The notes below the pieces were generated by a model. It saw nothing but the letters and a program-made list of their open reading frames with translations, had not been told where the DNA came from and ran no database searches. From contig CALBHX010000028.1 of the NCBI GenBank assembly GCA_937892925.1, positions 3,392 through 67,391 of the forward strand: a DNA stretch of 64,000 nucleotides, given 5' to 3'. This DNA comes from an uncultured Lentisphaeraceae bacterium. GTDB lineage: Bacteria; Verrucomicrobiota; Kiritimatiellia; RFP12; DVOR01. Below are positions 1 through 12,984 of this stretch, piece by piece; the first letter of the stretch is position 1, and the number at the start of each line of letters is the position of its first letter. A program made the position numbers and the translations under genes.

Positions 1-1157
1 TGCGCCATAACCACAGCGGAATTCTGCTTGGCCAGCGCCCGCTGACGCTCCAGCTCCGCCTGCGACTCCGCCTGAACCATCTGCTGATCAATCTTGCGCG
101 ACTCCTGAACCGCCAATTCTCTGTCTCGAACAATCGCCGCGATTGCCTGCGGCGCAAAAATATCCCGAATCAAAACCGAGTTGAGCGCAATGCCCCACGG
201 TTTGCATACGCCCCGCAAATACGTCTCCAGCCGATCTTGAAACGCCTGCCTGCTTTCGCCCACAATAAACTCTGTCGCGACCTTTTTGCTCCCCTCAATG
301 CGCGAAAATCCACGGGCATTAGGCAGGATAATCTTCTGCAGCACATCATCCATATCACCCACTTCCTGCGTCAGCTGCGCCACCCGCCCCGCCTCCAGGT
401 TAAACTCCAGCGTCCCCTCCGCTGTCACCGAGAACCCATCCTGCGTCAGGAAGGTAATGGCGTCCGCCCCGGACAACTCAAACCGCTGACTCTGAACATT
501 GACGATGGAAACCGCATAAAGAAAGGGATTCAGCCGATGCGTTCCCTCCTGCAGCACACTCCGACGAACACCCTTGGATCCTTCCGCCGCCAGAAACCCG
601 TGCGAATCGGCCTCCGTCTTCGGCGCCTCGCCGCCCAGCACATCCGCCCCGACCAATGCCGTTACGACGCCTACATGCCCCGGGCGGATCCGAATATCAT
701 CATATAGCCGCACCTCATACGCATACGGATTAATCCGATGACGCCCGGTTCCCAAAACCTCCCGGACAATCCCCTTGGAGTGCGACCCGCGCGCCAGAAT
801 CTCCCCTTCCGGCAAATCGTCTCCAAACTTGCGGATCAACACGCCAAACCGCCCCGCCGGGATATCCGTCACCCGGAACAGCTCCCAATCCCACACGTAT
901 GGATTCCGAAAATACCGCCCCTCCGGCAGCACCTCCGCCTGAATCCCTTTATATTCCGGCCCCGGAGCCAGAATCTCGTGCGCCGGCAAATCCTTTCCTG
1001 TCTTACGGATCAACACCGCAAACATACCGTTCTCAGGCTCAATCCGCCACCCGAACCAGACCCAGAGGGCGCCTGCCCCTGCCAACAACACCACGGCAAG
1101 AGCCCCGACTACACCCCACGGCTCCCGCAGCCCCTGCATTCCCTGTCTCGCACGCAT
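1..1157 (-). CDS. SPFH/band-7 (HflK/C-prohibitin-like) membrane protein; C-terminus truncated by window start
   Basis: Manual reverse-complement translation gives an uninterrupted frame from ATG at 1157-1155 (GGAGG about 8 nt upstream) to position 1. The product has an N-terminal TM segment, internally duplicated VLIRK(T/F)G(K/D)DLP...EILA blocks and an SPFH-like C-terminal part (IRDIFAPQAIAAIVRDRELAVQESRKIDQQ). It is absent from the ORF track because no stop codon lies inside the window. Confidence 0.7.
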   Translation of the reverse strand, partial: MRARQGMQGLREPWGVVGALAVVLLAGAGALWVWFGWRIEPENGMFAVLIRKTGKDLPAHEILAPGPEYKGIQAEVLPEGRYFRNPYVWDWELFRVTDIPAGRFGVLIRKFGDDLPEGEILARGSHSKGIVREVLGTGRHRINPYAYEVRLYDDIRIRPGHVGVVTALVGADVLGGEAPKTEADSHGFLAAEGSKGVRRSVLQEGTHRLNPFLYAVSIVNVQSQRFELSGADAITFLTQDGFSVTAEGTLEFNLEAGRVAQLTQEVGDMDDVLQKIILPNARGFSRIEGSKKVATEFIVGESRQAFQDRLETYLRGVCKPWGIALNSVLIRDIFAPQAIAAIVRDRELAVQESRKIDQQMVQAESQAELERQRALAKQNSAVVMA

Positions 1158-1510
1158 CGTTCGCCTCCATCCTAATCGTTCCCTAAAACTGTAACACACC
1201 TCGATACCCCGCGCAACCGCCGCCCGTTTCAGTCCGTCTCCTCGCCCCAGAGCCCCGGAAGCTGTTCCGCATTTCTGCCCTCAGACAAACGTCACCCGAC
1301 TAACCCTCTGCCCCGCCCAATTCAGGCGCAACCGAACAACCGCCCTGCCCCACCCCGCGCACCACACATGCCGCCCCCTTCCCGCCCTACACGCCTGCAC
1401 CCTACACAACCATGCAGGCAGCGCCATCGCCTCTCGTCGAAGATTGTCCCAGACTAGGTGCTTATGCTAACATACAGCCGTTTCCAGCTTAACCGGAGGT
1501 GTGCCGCCGC

Positions 1511-2548
1511 ATGAACCGTCTTCAATACCTGATCCGCCGCTTGCTTTTACTGGTGCCAACCTTTTTCGGCATCACCATTGTTTGTTTTCTGCTGACGCGT
1601 CTTTTGCCTGGCGGACCGGTAGACATGAAACTGGCGCAAATGCGCGGCATGGGCGGCGGCGGCGAAGCGGGCGGCGGAGCCAACGCGGTTCTCGTCAGCG
1701 AAGACATGAAAAAAGAGTTGGAAAAACAGTTCGGTTTTGACCAGCCCATGTGGAAACAATATATTACTTGGGCGTTCAAGGACAGGTTGGGGATGCGAAT
1801 GCACAGCTATGAATACCCTGACCGAACGGCATGGGAGCTTATCCGCAAGCGGCTTCCGGTGTCGCTCTGGTTCGGTCTGGTCTCCTTTCTCATGAGCTAC
1901 CTAGTCTGTATTCCGCTCGGAATCGCCAAAGCGCTCCGGCACGGTTCTGCCTTCGACTTCGGCTCCAGCATTCTCGTATTCTCCGCCTATGCCGTGCCGG
2001 CCTTCGCCATCGGTATGATTCTGAAAATGTGCCTCAGTGGAACCGTTGATGGGTTATGGGATATTTTTCCTATTGGCGGCTTTGAAAGCGAAGCGGCCGC
2101 AGCGGCGGGCGGATGGGCACTCTTCTGCGACCGCGCCTACCACATGGTGCTGCCTGTAACGGCCTATGTCATGACCTCCTTTGCCCTGCTCACCATCATG
2201 ATGAAGAACTCCCTGATGGAGCAGATGAGCGCAGATTATGTGCGCACCGTCCTAGCCAAAGGCGCCACCCGCCGCCGCGCTATCTGGGGGCATGCCCTGC
2301 GCAACGCACTCATCCCTATTGCCACAGGTTTCGGCAGTATTCTGGGTGTACTCTTCGCCGGCAGCATGATCATTGAAACCCTCTTCGAAATCCCCGGCAT
2401 GGGGCAGCTCTCGCTGAATGCACTGGTCGGGCACGACTACGCGGTCTTTATGGCCATGCTCGTGCTCACCGCCTCGATTCAGCTCTTCGGCAATCTGGTT
2501 TCCGACTTCTGCTACATGCTGATCGATCCGCGCATCCACTTCGATTAA
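1511..2548 (+). CDS. ABC transporter permease, OppB/DppB/YejB-type inner-membrane component
   Basis: Multi-TM protein with the binding-protein-dependent permease signature region (MEQMSADYVRTVLAKGATRRRAIWGHALRNALIPI...) and a Gly-rich periplasmic insertion as in YejB-like permeases. ATG at 1511 has GGAGGT 13 nt upstream; the track start is an upstream GTG at 1499. No partner ATPase or substrate-binding protein gene is adjacent. Confidence 0.8.
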   Translation: MNRLQYLIRRLLLLVPTFFGITIVCFLLTRLLPGGPVDMKLAQMRGMGGGGEAGGGANAVLVSEDMKKELEKQFGFDQPMWKQYITWAFKDRLGMRMHSYEYPDRTAWELIRKRLPVSLWFGLVSFLMSYLVCIPLGIAKALRHGSAFDFGSSILVFSAYAVPAFAIGMILKMCLSGTVDGLWDIFPIGGFESEAAAAAGGWALFCDRAYHMVLPVTAYVMTSFALLTIMMKNSLMEQMSADYVRTVLAKGATRRRAIWGHALRNALIPIATGFGSILGVLFAGSMIIETLFEIPGMGQLSLNALVGHDYAVFMAMLVLTASIQLFGNLVSDFCYMLIDPRIHFD

Positions 2549-2557
2549 GCCCCTCTC

Positions 2558-4033
2558 ATGAACGATGTGCTCCGCGAAAAGCTGAAGCACCTGCCCGAAA
2601 AACCCGGGTGCTACCTTTACCGCGACCGCGCCGGAACCATCATCTATGTGGGCAAAGCCGTCAACCTTCGGCGGCGCGTTCAAAGTTACTTCCGCGCCTC
2701 CACCCTGCGTTCCGCGCCCCCCAAGCTCCGAAGCCTCGTTCATCACGTCGAAGACCTCGAAATCCGCATCGTCCGCAACGAAGCCGAAGCCCTTCTTACC
2801 GAAAGCCACCTCATCAAAACCTATCGGCCGCGTTTCAACATCCTCCTGCGCGATGATAAACGCTACCTAGCGCTCCGCCCCGCCGCCGACCGCCCCTTTC
2901 CCCGCATCACCCCCTGCCGTATCCGCCGAGACGACGGCGCAGAATATTTCGGCCCTTTTCCCTCCTCCACCATTGTCCACACCGCGCTCGACTTTACCGA
3001 AAAGCGTTTCGGCCTGCGTAAATGCACCGCGCTCACACCATGCCCCGAAGATCACACCCACTGCATGGCCGATATTATCCGTTTCTGTTCCGCTCCCTGC
3101 ATGGGGCGAATTTCCGAGCCCGACTATCGCGCCCGGTTCAATGAAGCATGCGCCTTTTTACGCGGCGATCGCCCTGCCATCATAGAGGAAGTGGCGCAGC
3201 AGATGCGCGAAGCCGCCGCGCGTGAAGATTACGAGCGCGCCGCCCGCCTCCGCGACACCTGGCTGGCGCTCAAAGAGCTCACCCGACAGCGTGCCAAAGC
3301 CCGCCTCACCCCCGCCCTGAAACGCCCCACCGCAGCAGAAGGCTTGGCCGCTTTGGCCGATCTGCTCGCGCTGCCCAAACCCCCGCGTATCATTGAGTGC
3401 TTTGACATCTCCCACCTCATGGGCACCCATACCGTAGCCTCCATGGTTGTGGCTGTAGACGGGCTCCCCGACAAACGCCGTTACCGCCGTTTTCGCATCC
3501 GCACCGTCACCAATGACGATCCTCACGCCATGGCCGAAGTCATCCGCCGCCGTTACACCCGCCTACGCGATGAAGGCGGTGCATTCCCCGACCTGATTCT
3601 CTGCGATGGCGCCGCCCTGCAAGTTCGCGCCGCCCGTGCCGTACTCAAAGAGCTCGGTCTCTTCGAGCTCATCCCCGTAGCCGGGCTAAATGAACACTTC
3701 GAAGAAATTGTCCTAGATGACGGGCGCCCAAACCTCATCCTCCCCCGAGACAGCGCCGCACTGCAAATCCTCATCCGCCTGCGCGATGAAGCACACCGTT
3801 TCGCCATCACCTTCAACCGCTCGCTTCGCCTGCGGGCACTCCGGGAATCCGTTCTGGACGAGATTCCCGGTATCGGCCCCATCCGCAAACGGCAGCTCCT
3901 GACCGCCTTCGGATCTGTCCGCCGCCTGGCTGATGCCGAGGAATCGGTTATCGCCGCCCAGCCCGGAATCACCCCCGAGCTCGCCCACGCCATCAAGACC
4001 GCCCTCAAAGCGCGTGTCCACGACCCGGATTGA
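2558..4033 (+). CDS. uvrC: excinuclease ABC subunit C (UvrC), short form of 491 aa
   Basis: N-terminal GIY-YIG motif (GCYLYRD...IIYVGKAVNLRRRV), a central UVR-like region, and a C-terminal HhH motif (IPGIGPIRKRQLLTAFGSVRRL). Confidence 0.85.
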   Translation: MNDVLREKLKHLPEKPGCYLYRDRAGTIIYVGKAVNLRRRVQSYFRASTLRSAPPKLRSLVHHVEDLEIRIVRNEAEALLTESHLIKTYRPRFNILLRDDKRYLALRPAADRPFPRITPCRIRRDDGAEYFGPFPSSTIVHTALDFTEKRFGLRKCTALTPCPEDHTHCMADIIRFCSAPCMGRISEPDYRARFNEACAFLRGDRPAIIEEVAQQMREAAAREDYERAARLRDTWLALKELTRQRAKARLTPALKRPTAAEGLAALADLLALPKPPRIIECFDISHLMGTHTVASMVVAVDGLPDKRRYRRFRIRTVTNDDPHAMAEVIRRRYTRLRDEGGAFPDLILCDGAALQVRAARAVLKELGLFELIPVAGLNEHFEEIVLDDGRPNLILPRDSAALQILIRLRDEAHRFAITFNRSLRLRALRESVLDEIPGIGPIRKRQLLTAFGSVRRLADAEESVIAAQPGITPELAHAIKTALKARVHDPD

Positions 4034-4300
4034 GGATGGCGCACATCCACTTTCGCCGCCTGCGAGACATCCCTCCGCGCGCCCGATACGAGGTCTTTAC
4101 ACGCCTGCCTACCCTTCCAATCTCACCTCCCCTACACCACGCCAAAACAACGATCTGCCGCATCGACCCCTGCAAAAAACCAGCTTAAACCGCTCCGCAC
4201 TGGAGAACAGCCGGTACCCTTAAAAACGATCCAATAAAACAAAAACCGCCCGAGCGAACCGTGTTCCTGCCGGACGGTCTTCTGCTTCTTCAGGAACCCA

Positions 4301-4570
4301 TTACGACAACACCAGCCGGGCGAGCGGGGTCAAAAGCTTGACGGCCGTCCCGTCGGCCACCAAAATGGCTCGAGAAGTTCGAAACGTTGTCCATTCCCCC
4401 CCTTGGCAAATCCGGATCTTTCCGGGCGGGCATGCGGCCACCATGGGCTCATGATGCGCCATAACCCCAAGCCGGCCAATGGGGGTGGAAACTTCCAACT
4501 GAGTGATGTCATCGCCCTCGATGAAAATCCCGGCAGGCGTTTCGATACTGAAATGGAAGGTATTGGCCAT
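4301..4570 (-). CDS. atpC: F1Fo ATP synthase epsilon subunit; short 89-aa form lacking the C-terminal helical domain
   Basis: Beta-sandwich epsilon signature (GVMAHHEPMV, IRICQGGEW). It is the last gene of the atp operon, 26 nt downstream of atpD. Confidence 0.8.
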   Translation of the reverse strand: MANTFHFSIETPAGIFIEGDDITQLEVSTPIGRLGVMAHHEPMVAACPPGKIRICQGGEWTTFRTSRAILVADGTAVKLLTPLARLVLS

Positions 4571-4596
4571 AATTCAGCTTCCGTTGCCTGTGCACC

Positions 4597-6913
<2,317 letters not shown>

Positions 6914-6919
6914 ATCCGC

Positions 6920-8452
6920 TTACTTCCTGCCGTTTTTCTGGAAGGGCGATAAGGCTTCACGCATCAACGCATCCAACAACGCCTTCAGTTCATCATCCAA
7001 TTCCGGCTTCGCTGCAAACCGCTTACTGTAGGTCTGCCCCGTCAAGGAGTCTTCTATCGCAACATGAAGCGCCTTCAATGCCTCCGGGATCTGCGAAACC
7101 GACACCTGAACCAACCACTTATTCGTGCCGGCATACAACACAGCCACCTGCTCTGCGGCAGACATCGGCCGTCCCGGCATCTGGCGAATGGAATACATCA
7201 ATGCCCGCCCGATGGAAAGCTGCTCCAACGTCCCGGCGTCCAGATCCGAAGCGAAGGATGTGAACGCTTCCAACTCGCGGTATTGCGCCAACAGCACCCG
7301 AAGCGGCCCGGCCACCTTCTTCATGGCTTTAAGCTGGGCATCGCCCCCCACACGGCTAACCGAGATGCCGGGGTTGATCGCCGGCCGCTGCCCCTCGTGA
7401 AAAAGCCCTGCCTCCAGAAAGATCTGCCCATCGGTAATGGAAATCACATTCGTTGGAATATATGCGGAGATATCATTCGCCTGCGTTTCCACAATCGGGA
7501 GCGCCGTCAGGCTGCCGCCGCCCTTTGCATCCGAAAGCTGCGCGGCGCGTTCCAACAGGCGGCTGTGAAGATAGAAGACGTCTCCGGGATAGGCCTCACG
7601 TCCCGGCGGGCGGCGCAGCAGCAGAGACATCTGCCGGTAAGCCTGCGCATGTTTGGTCAAGTCGTCATAAATTACGAGTGCATGTTCCCCGCGGTTCATC
7701 CAGAACTCCGCCATCGCACATCCAGCATACGGCGCCAGATATTGAAGCGGCGCAGGCTCCGAAGCGCCGGCCAGCACAATCGTTGTATAGGCCATCGCGC
7801 CCGCATCTTCCAGCTGCTTGTAAAGTGCGGCCACTGTTGAAAGCTTTTGGCCTATGGCCACGTAGAAACAATGAACCCCCGACCCCTTCTGATTCAGAAT
7901 CGCATCCACCGCAATCGTGGTCTTGCCTGTCTTTCGATCGCCGATGATCAGCTCACGCTGACCGCGGCCAATCGGCGTAAGTGCATCAATCGCCACCAAC
8001 CCCGTCTGCATGGGCGTGTCTACGTTGCGGCGTTCAATAATCGAGGGCGCCGCCGCTTCAACCGGCATCTGCACCGTGGCCGCAATGCCCCCTTTGCCAT
8101 CCAGAGGCCGCCCCAGCGCATCCACTACGCGCCCCGTGAGCGCTTCGCCCGCCGGCACCGACACCACACGCCCCGTTCGATGAAAGCGATCCCCTTCACG
8201 AACGTTCACATCACTGTCGAGCACCGCCACGCCCACCACATCTTCTTCCAGATTGAGCGCCAGCCCCGCCGTGCCATTCTCCGTCTCAACCAGCTCGTTA
8301 TACATCACGTGCGAAAGCCCGTCCACACGGGCAATCCCATCGCCCACACTCAATACCGTGCCAAACTCCGAGGTATCAATGGGCTTATCCACCGTCTCCA
8401 TCCGCTGGCGAAGCAATGCAGAGAGTTCGTCTGGTTTCAATTGCGTCTTCAT
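6920..8452 (-). CDS. atpA: F1Fo ATP synthase alpha subunit
   Basis: Walker [19 protein letters not shown] and the alpha-subunit N-terminal beta-barrel ([16 protein letters not shown]). Confidence 0.95.
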   Translation of the reverse strand: MKTQLKPDELSALLRQRMETVDKPIDTSEFGTVLSVGDGIARVDGLSHVMYNELVETENGTAGLALNLEEDVVGVAVLDSDVNVREGDRFHRTGRVVSVPAGEALTGRVVDALGRPLDGKGGIAATVQMPVEAAAPSIIERRNVDTPMQTGLVAIDALTPIGRGQRELIIGDRKTGKTTIAVDAILNQKGSGVHCFYVAIGQKLSTVAALYKQLEDAGAMAYTTIVLAGASEPAPLQYLAPYAGCAMAEFWMNRGEHALVIYDDLTKHAQAYRQMSLLLRRPPGREAYPGDVFYLHSRLLERAAQLSDAKGGGSLTALPIVETQANDISAYIPTNVISITDGQIFLEAGLFHEGQRPAINPGISVSRVGGDAQLKAMKKVAGPLRVLLAQYRELEAFTSFASDLDAGTLEQLSIGRALMYSIRQMPGRPMSAAEQVAVLYAGTNKWLVQVSVSQIPEALKALHVAIEDSLTGQTYSKRFAAKPELDDELKALLDALMREALSPFQKNGRK

Positions 8453-8461
8453 GAAAAGTCC

Positions 8462-9031
8462 TCAAAACAAGCTGTTGCCCGGCTGCTCCGGCTGATGAAA
8501 CGCGCGGGAAAGCCGCCGAAGCCGCCCTGTAAGCGAGCCGTCAATCTGCAAATCCCCCGCGCGGATCACCACGCCAGCCCCCAATTCCGGCGCCACGCGA
8601 ATCGTAATCTCCGTTTTCGGACCATACGCTTCCCGAGCACGCGCCGTCAATAACGCGACCGTCTTCGGCGAAGGATTCGCCGCAAACTCCAACAACACAG
8701 CCCGCCGCCCCTCGGCCATATCCGCCAGCCGACGGAACACCTGCAGCACATGCGGCAGAGCCGCCATCAAACCATTTTCAGAAAGCGCCTCCAGCAACAC
8801 CCGCGTCGGCCGGCTTACCGTCTCGCCCCAAAGCGCGTCCACCACCTCTCGGTGCTTAGCGCGGGGCATGCTGTGAAACGTCCGCGCCCACTCCCGAAAC
8901 ACCTCCGAGCCCTGCCACTGCGCCTCCAACGCAGCGGCATCTGCCCGAACATCCTCCAGGATGCCCAACGCCTGGGCGGCCTGAACCCATGCCCGGGCAT
9001 ACGGGCGTGCAGCTTCCTCTTCGTTATACAT
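8462..9031 (-). CDS. atpH: F1Fo ATP synthase delta (OSCP) subunit
   Basis: 189-aa OSCP-like protein with C-terminal TVRVAPELGAGVVIRAGDLQIDGSLTGRLRRL; position lies between atpF and atpA. Confidence 0.85.
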   Translation of the reverse strand: MYNEEEAARPYARAWVQAAQALGILEDVRADAAALEAQWQGSEVFREWARTFHSMPRAKHREVVDALWGETVSRPTRVLLEALSENGLMAALPHVLQVFRRLADMAEGRRAVLLEFAANPSPKTVALLTARAREAYGPKTEITIRVAPELGAGVVIRAGDLQIDGSLTGRLRRLSRAFHQPEQPGNSLF

Positions 9032-9042
9032 AGCCCTGTCGC

Positions 9043-9582
9043 TTATCGAAAGTTTACAGCCGCGGCGATACGATCCTGATAAGCCTGCCGCTGCGCTTCG
9101 GTGAGCATCCCCGGCAGCAGGGTTTCCAATGCGTGCGCAATTTCTCCGCCCGCCTGTTCACCCAGCTTTTTAAGCGTGGCCTCCCGTTCATCCGCCAGCG
9201 CCTCTTCGGCAGCCTGCCTGCGCACGGCCAGCGCCTCGCGCGCGGCCGTTTCCATCTCAGCCACATGGGCTCGTGCTGCCGCTGCCTGGGCATCCGCCTG
9301 CGCACGCGCCTTCTGCTCGGCAGCAGCCAAAGTCTGCGCGGCTGCGGCATCGGCATCGGCAGCCGCCTTCCGCGCCTGCTCAGCATGCGCCAGCGAGTCG
9401 CGGATTTCGCCCTCACGTGCCTCCAACGCCGCCAAAAGCGGCCGCCACAGAAGTTTGGCCAGAACAATCGCCGCCACGGCGAAAGCCACCCACGTCAGCA
9501 GCATCACCTGCGCGTCAAACCCGCGCGGCGACACATCGCCCGGCGCCACCGGCTGTTCGGTCGTTGCCTGAACGTCCGCCAT
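9043..9582 (-). CDS. atpF: F1Fo ATP synthase Fo subunit b
   Basis: Single N-terminal TM helix followed by a long Ala/Glu/Gln-rich coiled coil; position fits the operon order. Confidence 0.85.
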   Translation of the reverse strand: MADVQATTEQPVAPGDVSPRGFDAQVMLLTWVAFAVAAIVLAKLLWRPLLAALEAREGEIRDSLAHAEQARKAAADADAAAAQTLAAAEQKARAQADAQAAAARAHVAEMETAAREALAVRRQAAEEALADEREATLKKLGEQAGGEIAHALETLLPGMLTEAQRQAYQDRIAAAVNFR

Positions 9583-9595
9583 CGATCACCCGCCG

Positions 9596-9787
9596 TTACT
9601 TCAACAGACAGACCACCACCGCAAACAGTGCCACACCTTCAATCAGTGCGCCAGCAATGATCATCGACGTCTGCAGTTTGCCGGCTACCTCCGGCTGGCG
9701 CGCCATACCCGTGAGTGCCGCACACGCCAACGCGCCAATGCCGATTGCCGCCCCAAGAACTGCCAGCCCTGCTCCGATCGGTCCCAT
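9596..9787 (-). CDS. atpE: F1Fo ATP synthase Fo subunit c
   Basis: 63-aa two-helix hairpin proteolipid (GAAIGIGALAC...MIIAGALIEGVALFAVVV). Confidence 0.9.
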   Translation of the reverse strand: MGPIGAGLAVLGAAIGIGALACAALTGMARQPEVAGKLQTSMIIAGALIEGVALFAVVVCLLK

Positions 9788-9805
9788 AATGACTCCTTGT
9801 CTTGA

Positions 9806-10597
9806 TCAGTGTTGGGGATGAACCATCATCCCGATGAATATGGCCGAAAGCGTCGTAAACACATACGCCTGCAAACAGGCCACAAAAACCTCAAAGAGGT
9901 AAAGCGCCACAGCCACCGCCAGCGAAGGCAGTGCGAAAACACCCAGAATCGCCGTCAACGATGCCATGGCATACAGCACCACATGCCCCCCCAGCATGTT
10001 TGCAAAGAGACGCATCGCTAACGCAAACGTCCGCGCCAGGAGCGACACCACCTCCATCGCAAACATAATCGGGCGCATCGGCCCGGGCAGACCGCCCGGC
10101 AGCAACGCATGAATCAACGCCCGCCCGCCGCCCTGCCGCAGCGTAGCGAAAATCGACATCCCCAGAAAAATGGTCGCGAATCCGGCCGTTACACTCACAT
10201 TCCCCGTGGCACACGTAAAAAGCGGAATCAGCCCCAGCAGGTTGCACAACAGAATAAAGAGGAAAATCGAGCAGAAAAACGGCACAAACCGCCGCCCATA
10301 CGCCGCTCCTCCGAAGTTCGGGTAAACGATATCATCCCGGATAAAGCGCAGATACTGCTCCAGCGCCACCCCAAGCCGCTGCGGCACCCGCCCAATCCAC
10401 CTGCGCCCGAACCAGGCCAGCGCACACGACAACAGCGACACCAACACCAACATCGTGGCATCAAAGTGGAAGATCGCCAGCACATCGTGCCCCAGTGCCA
10501 CCAGCCAATCCCGATGCGTCAGCGCATCCAGCGTGCCCCAATGGTGCAGCACGTGATGATTCACGTAATTCAGAAACGCATCGAGTTTGTCGCCCAT
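9806..10597 (-). CDS. atpB: F1Fo ATP synthase Fo subunit a
   Basis: Polytopic membrane protein with the conserved subunit-a C-terminal region (ALAMRLFANMLGGHVVLY), first gene of the operon. No atpI-like gene lies upstream. Confidence 0.9.
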   Translation of the reverse strand: MGDKLDAFLNYVNHHVLHHWGTLDALTHRDWLVALGHDVLAIFHFDATMLVLVSLLSCALAWFGRRWIGRVPQRLGVALEQYLRFIRDDIVYPNFGGAAYGRRFVPFFCSIFLFILLCNLLGLIPLFTCATGNVSVTAGFATIFLGMSIFATLRQGGGRALIHALLPGGLPGPMRPIMFAMEVVSLLARTFALAMRLFANMLGGHVVLYAMASLTAILGVFALPSLAVAVALYLFEVFVACLQAYVFTTLSAIFIGMMVHPQH

Positions 10598-11163
10598 ACT
10601 CTGACCTCAAACGAATGACGCCACAGTATACGCCTCCAGGCAGGGCGCGTCAAGCCATACTTACCGCGCGGTATGCAGAAAACACCCCATCGCACACCCT
10701 GCCCCTGCAAGACAGAACGAAGCGAGTGAACTACGGCGTACAAGCACATCACACCAAGCACGCCAACATCCATGAGCCACCACGCCCACCGCGGCCTTGA
10801 GGAGATAACCGCACGATCACCCGTTCAGTTGAGAGGAAACAACCCCTCCTTTCGCAGACTGGAGATCAAATACCTTTCAGCCTTGGCAAACACGTACAAA
10901 AAGCGGCCGCTTCTACCGGCAGGCAAGTTTTCTTCCGAAGCGGAGGCAAAACCAACCCGCCCCGAGCACGAGACAAAGCCGGGGCGGGTTTACCTTAAAC
11001 TAGGGCGGCCTCGAAAGCCCGCAGCCCGGCCGTCTCTGCCCACGCTCCCTCAGGTCTTCTTCCTGCTCACCTTCCGTGCACCTAAAACCCCCAAATTTAG
11101 CCGTGTACACCGCTCACCTATCCTGTTATCGGCCTTCTCCTTCACAGAAAACTCCACAGCGGA

Positions 11164-11193
11164 TTGACAACTCCCATACAGCAGAACTATACT
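11164..11193 (+). promoter_or_regulatory. sigma70-type promoter for the lipoprotein gene (TTGACA-N18-TATACT)
   Basis: TTGACA at 11164-11169 and TATACT at 11188-11193 with an 18-nt spacer, 37 nt upstream of ATG 11230, which carries a GAGGAGG RBS. Confidence 0.5.
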
Positions 11194-11229
11194 CGCCGTG
11201 TTACTAACGTGCGAAGAGGAGGCCTTCCG

Positions 11230-11640
11230 ATGATGACAAAAACATTGGGTATAGGGTTCATGACGTTAGTGCTGCTAACCGCCGGATGTGCGGCCAAACT
11301 TCCCCAGCCGATTGCGGAGCCGTCCGGCTCCTTTGTCTTTGCCGCGGCAACAGCGTCCGATATTCGGCAGGCCATTCTGCGCGCCGTAGCGGGCACGCCG
11401 TGGCAGATTGAAGACGCATCCGATCCGGGAGAAATTGTAGTGAAGCTGGTGCGCGCCAACAGCGAGCGTATGGTCAAAGCCAAGATTCTCTACACCGCCG
11501 CCTCTTACCGCATCTGTTTTGTGGACGCTGCCGACATGGATTATGACCCCAAAGAGCGCACCATCTCACGAAAGTATAACCAGTGGATCCGCAATCTTGA
11601 AAAGCAGATCCGCCTCTCTCTCACGACTCCGGCACGCTAA
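11230..11640 (+). CDS. hypothetical lipoprotein
   Basis: Signal peptide with lipobox LLTAG|C; start ATG at 11230 after a GAGGAGG RBS (the track start at 11164 is a TTG inside the promoter). No recognisable domain. Confidence 0.6.
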   Translation: MMTKTLGIGFMTLVLLTAGCAAKLPQPIAEPSGSFVFAAATASDIRQAILRAVAGTPWQIEDASDPGEIVVKLVRANSERMVKAKILYTAASYRICFVDAADMDYDPKERTISRKYNQWIRNLEKQIRLSLTTPAR

Positions 11641-11710
11641 CGTGGAGCCCCCCGGGGGGCTCCAACCGGGGCGCATTACTGTTTTTGATATAAGCTCTGC
11701 CAAACCCTCC

Positions 11711-12916
11711 TCAAGCGTGGGGGAGGCGGCAGAGCCCAGGGGTTTGATCGTAATCAACGCTGAGAGGAATGAAGCGCTGGGTATATTGCTTCAAGAAATA
11801 CTGATCTGTCATGCCGGCAATAAAATCAGCGACAATTCGTTCATTCGAAGTGGTTTTGATATAGCTTTCAGGAAGGCGGGCCACGAAATCGTCAAAGACC
11901 GGGCTTGAATCGCGGCCAGTCTCCAGATCGTCCAAATAGGCAGCAAAGAGCTGACGGACCATGGCATCGAACTTCTTCCGCTGCGCCAAAATAAAGGAGC
12001 AGTGATAAATCCGCTCATAGTTGAAAGCCTTCATGGAGCGAAAAGCGGAAAACACATGATCTGAGAACGCAATCATGCCCCTGCCGTAACTCTGCTGAAT
12101 CACATCAGAGCAGAGGGTATTGACCATGTCGCGATTCGTATCGCCAAGAACGCGGCGGATATTGATAGGCAAATCGGAAGCAGCAATGATCTGCAGGGTT
12201 ACAGCGTCCTCAAAGTCTTTACCCAGATAAGCAATCATATCCGCCACACGCACCACACAGCCCTCTAAGGTAGAAGGGAAGACTGTTTTATCGGCGCCGG
12301 GCTCCTGAAAGCAGCGTTTCAGATTGGCCTCAAGCGTTTCCCAGGTAAGATGGGCAGGATTATAGGTGTAGCACGCCTGTTCCTGCTCGCCATTATGCCC
12401 CAGAATTCCATCCAGCACCGGAAGCGTGAGATCGCACCCCTGCCCGTCATGTTCGAGATACTGGAGCACGCGGACGGACTGTGCGTTATGAACAAACGTG
12501 CCGGCATGGCATTCCTGAAGCAATTTCCCAAGAATGTGTTCCCCGGCGTGGCCGAAAGGCGTATGCCCGATATCATGGCCGACAGCAATCGCTTCAATCA
12601 AATCTTCATTGAGCCGCAGGCAACGGCCAATCGTGCGGGCAATGCGGGAGACCATCTGTACGTGAAGCGAACGGCGCGTGATATGATCGTTTTTAATCTG
12701 GAAAAAGACTTGAGTCTTATCCATGTAACGCGCATAGGCATGCGAATGAATGATCCGGTCGGTATCATGCGCAAAGGGTGAACGGAAGTCATTCGGCGAA
12801 GGGCTGCTGGTAGAGCGGCGAATCGCCCCGCGGCTGTGAAACGCGTAGTTCGGATCGAGCGACTCAGCCTCAATCCGGTCGCGCTCCCGAGTGATTTGTT
12901 CTAAGAAGTCTTCCAT
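11711..12916 (-). CDS. dgt: dGTPase-like HD-domain deoxynucleoside triphosphate triphosphohydrolase
   Basis: FRSPFAHDTDRIIHSHAYARYMDKTQVF and the HD motif region (AVGHDIGHTPFGH) match the Dgt family. Confidence 0.85.
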   Translation of the reverse strand: MEDFLEQITRERDRIEAESLDPNYAFHSRGAIRRSTSSPSPNDFRSPFAHDTDRIIHSHAYARYMDKTQVFFQIKNDHITRRSLHVQMVSRIARTIGRCLRLNEDLIEAIAVGHDIGHTPFGHAGEHILGKLLQECHAGTFVHNAQSVRVLQYLEHDGQGCDLTLPVLDGILGHNGEQEQACYTYNPAHLTWETLEANLKRCFQEPGADKTVFPSTLEGCVVRVADMIAYLGKDFEDAVTLQIIAASDLPINIRRVLGDTNRDMVNTLCSDVIQQSYGRGMIAFSDHVFSAFRSMKAFNYERIYHCSFILAQRKKFDAMVRQLFAAYLDDLETGRDSSPVFDDFVARLPESYIKTTSNERIVADFIAGMTDQYFLKQYTQRFIPLSVDYDQTPGLCRLPHA

Positions 12917-12984
12917 TGTTACGCCCTTCCCACACGGCCCGGAAGGAACCCCGGACGAGCGGCACTATAGCATAAGTCGGGCGC

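Noticed and set aside
237-1186. Plus-strand ORFs 237..707, 738..1175 and 899..1186 from the track
   Set aside because: They overlap the convincing minus-strand SPFH gene (partial, hence absent from the track). Their translations are Arg/Pro-rich with no motifs.
7064-8653. Plus-strand ORFs 7064..7840 and 7847..8653
   Set aside because: Antisense to atpA; shadow ORFs.
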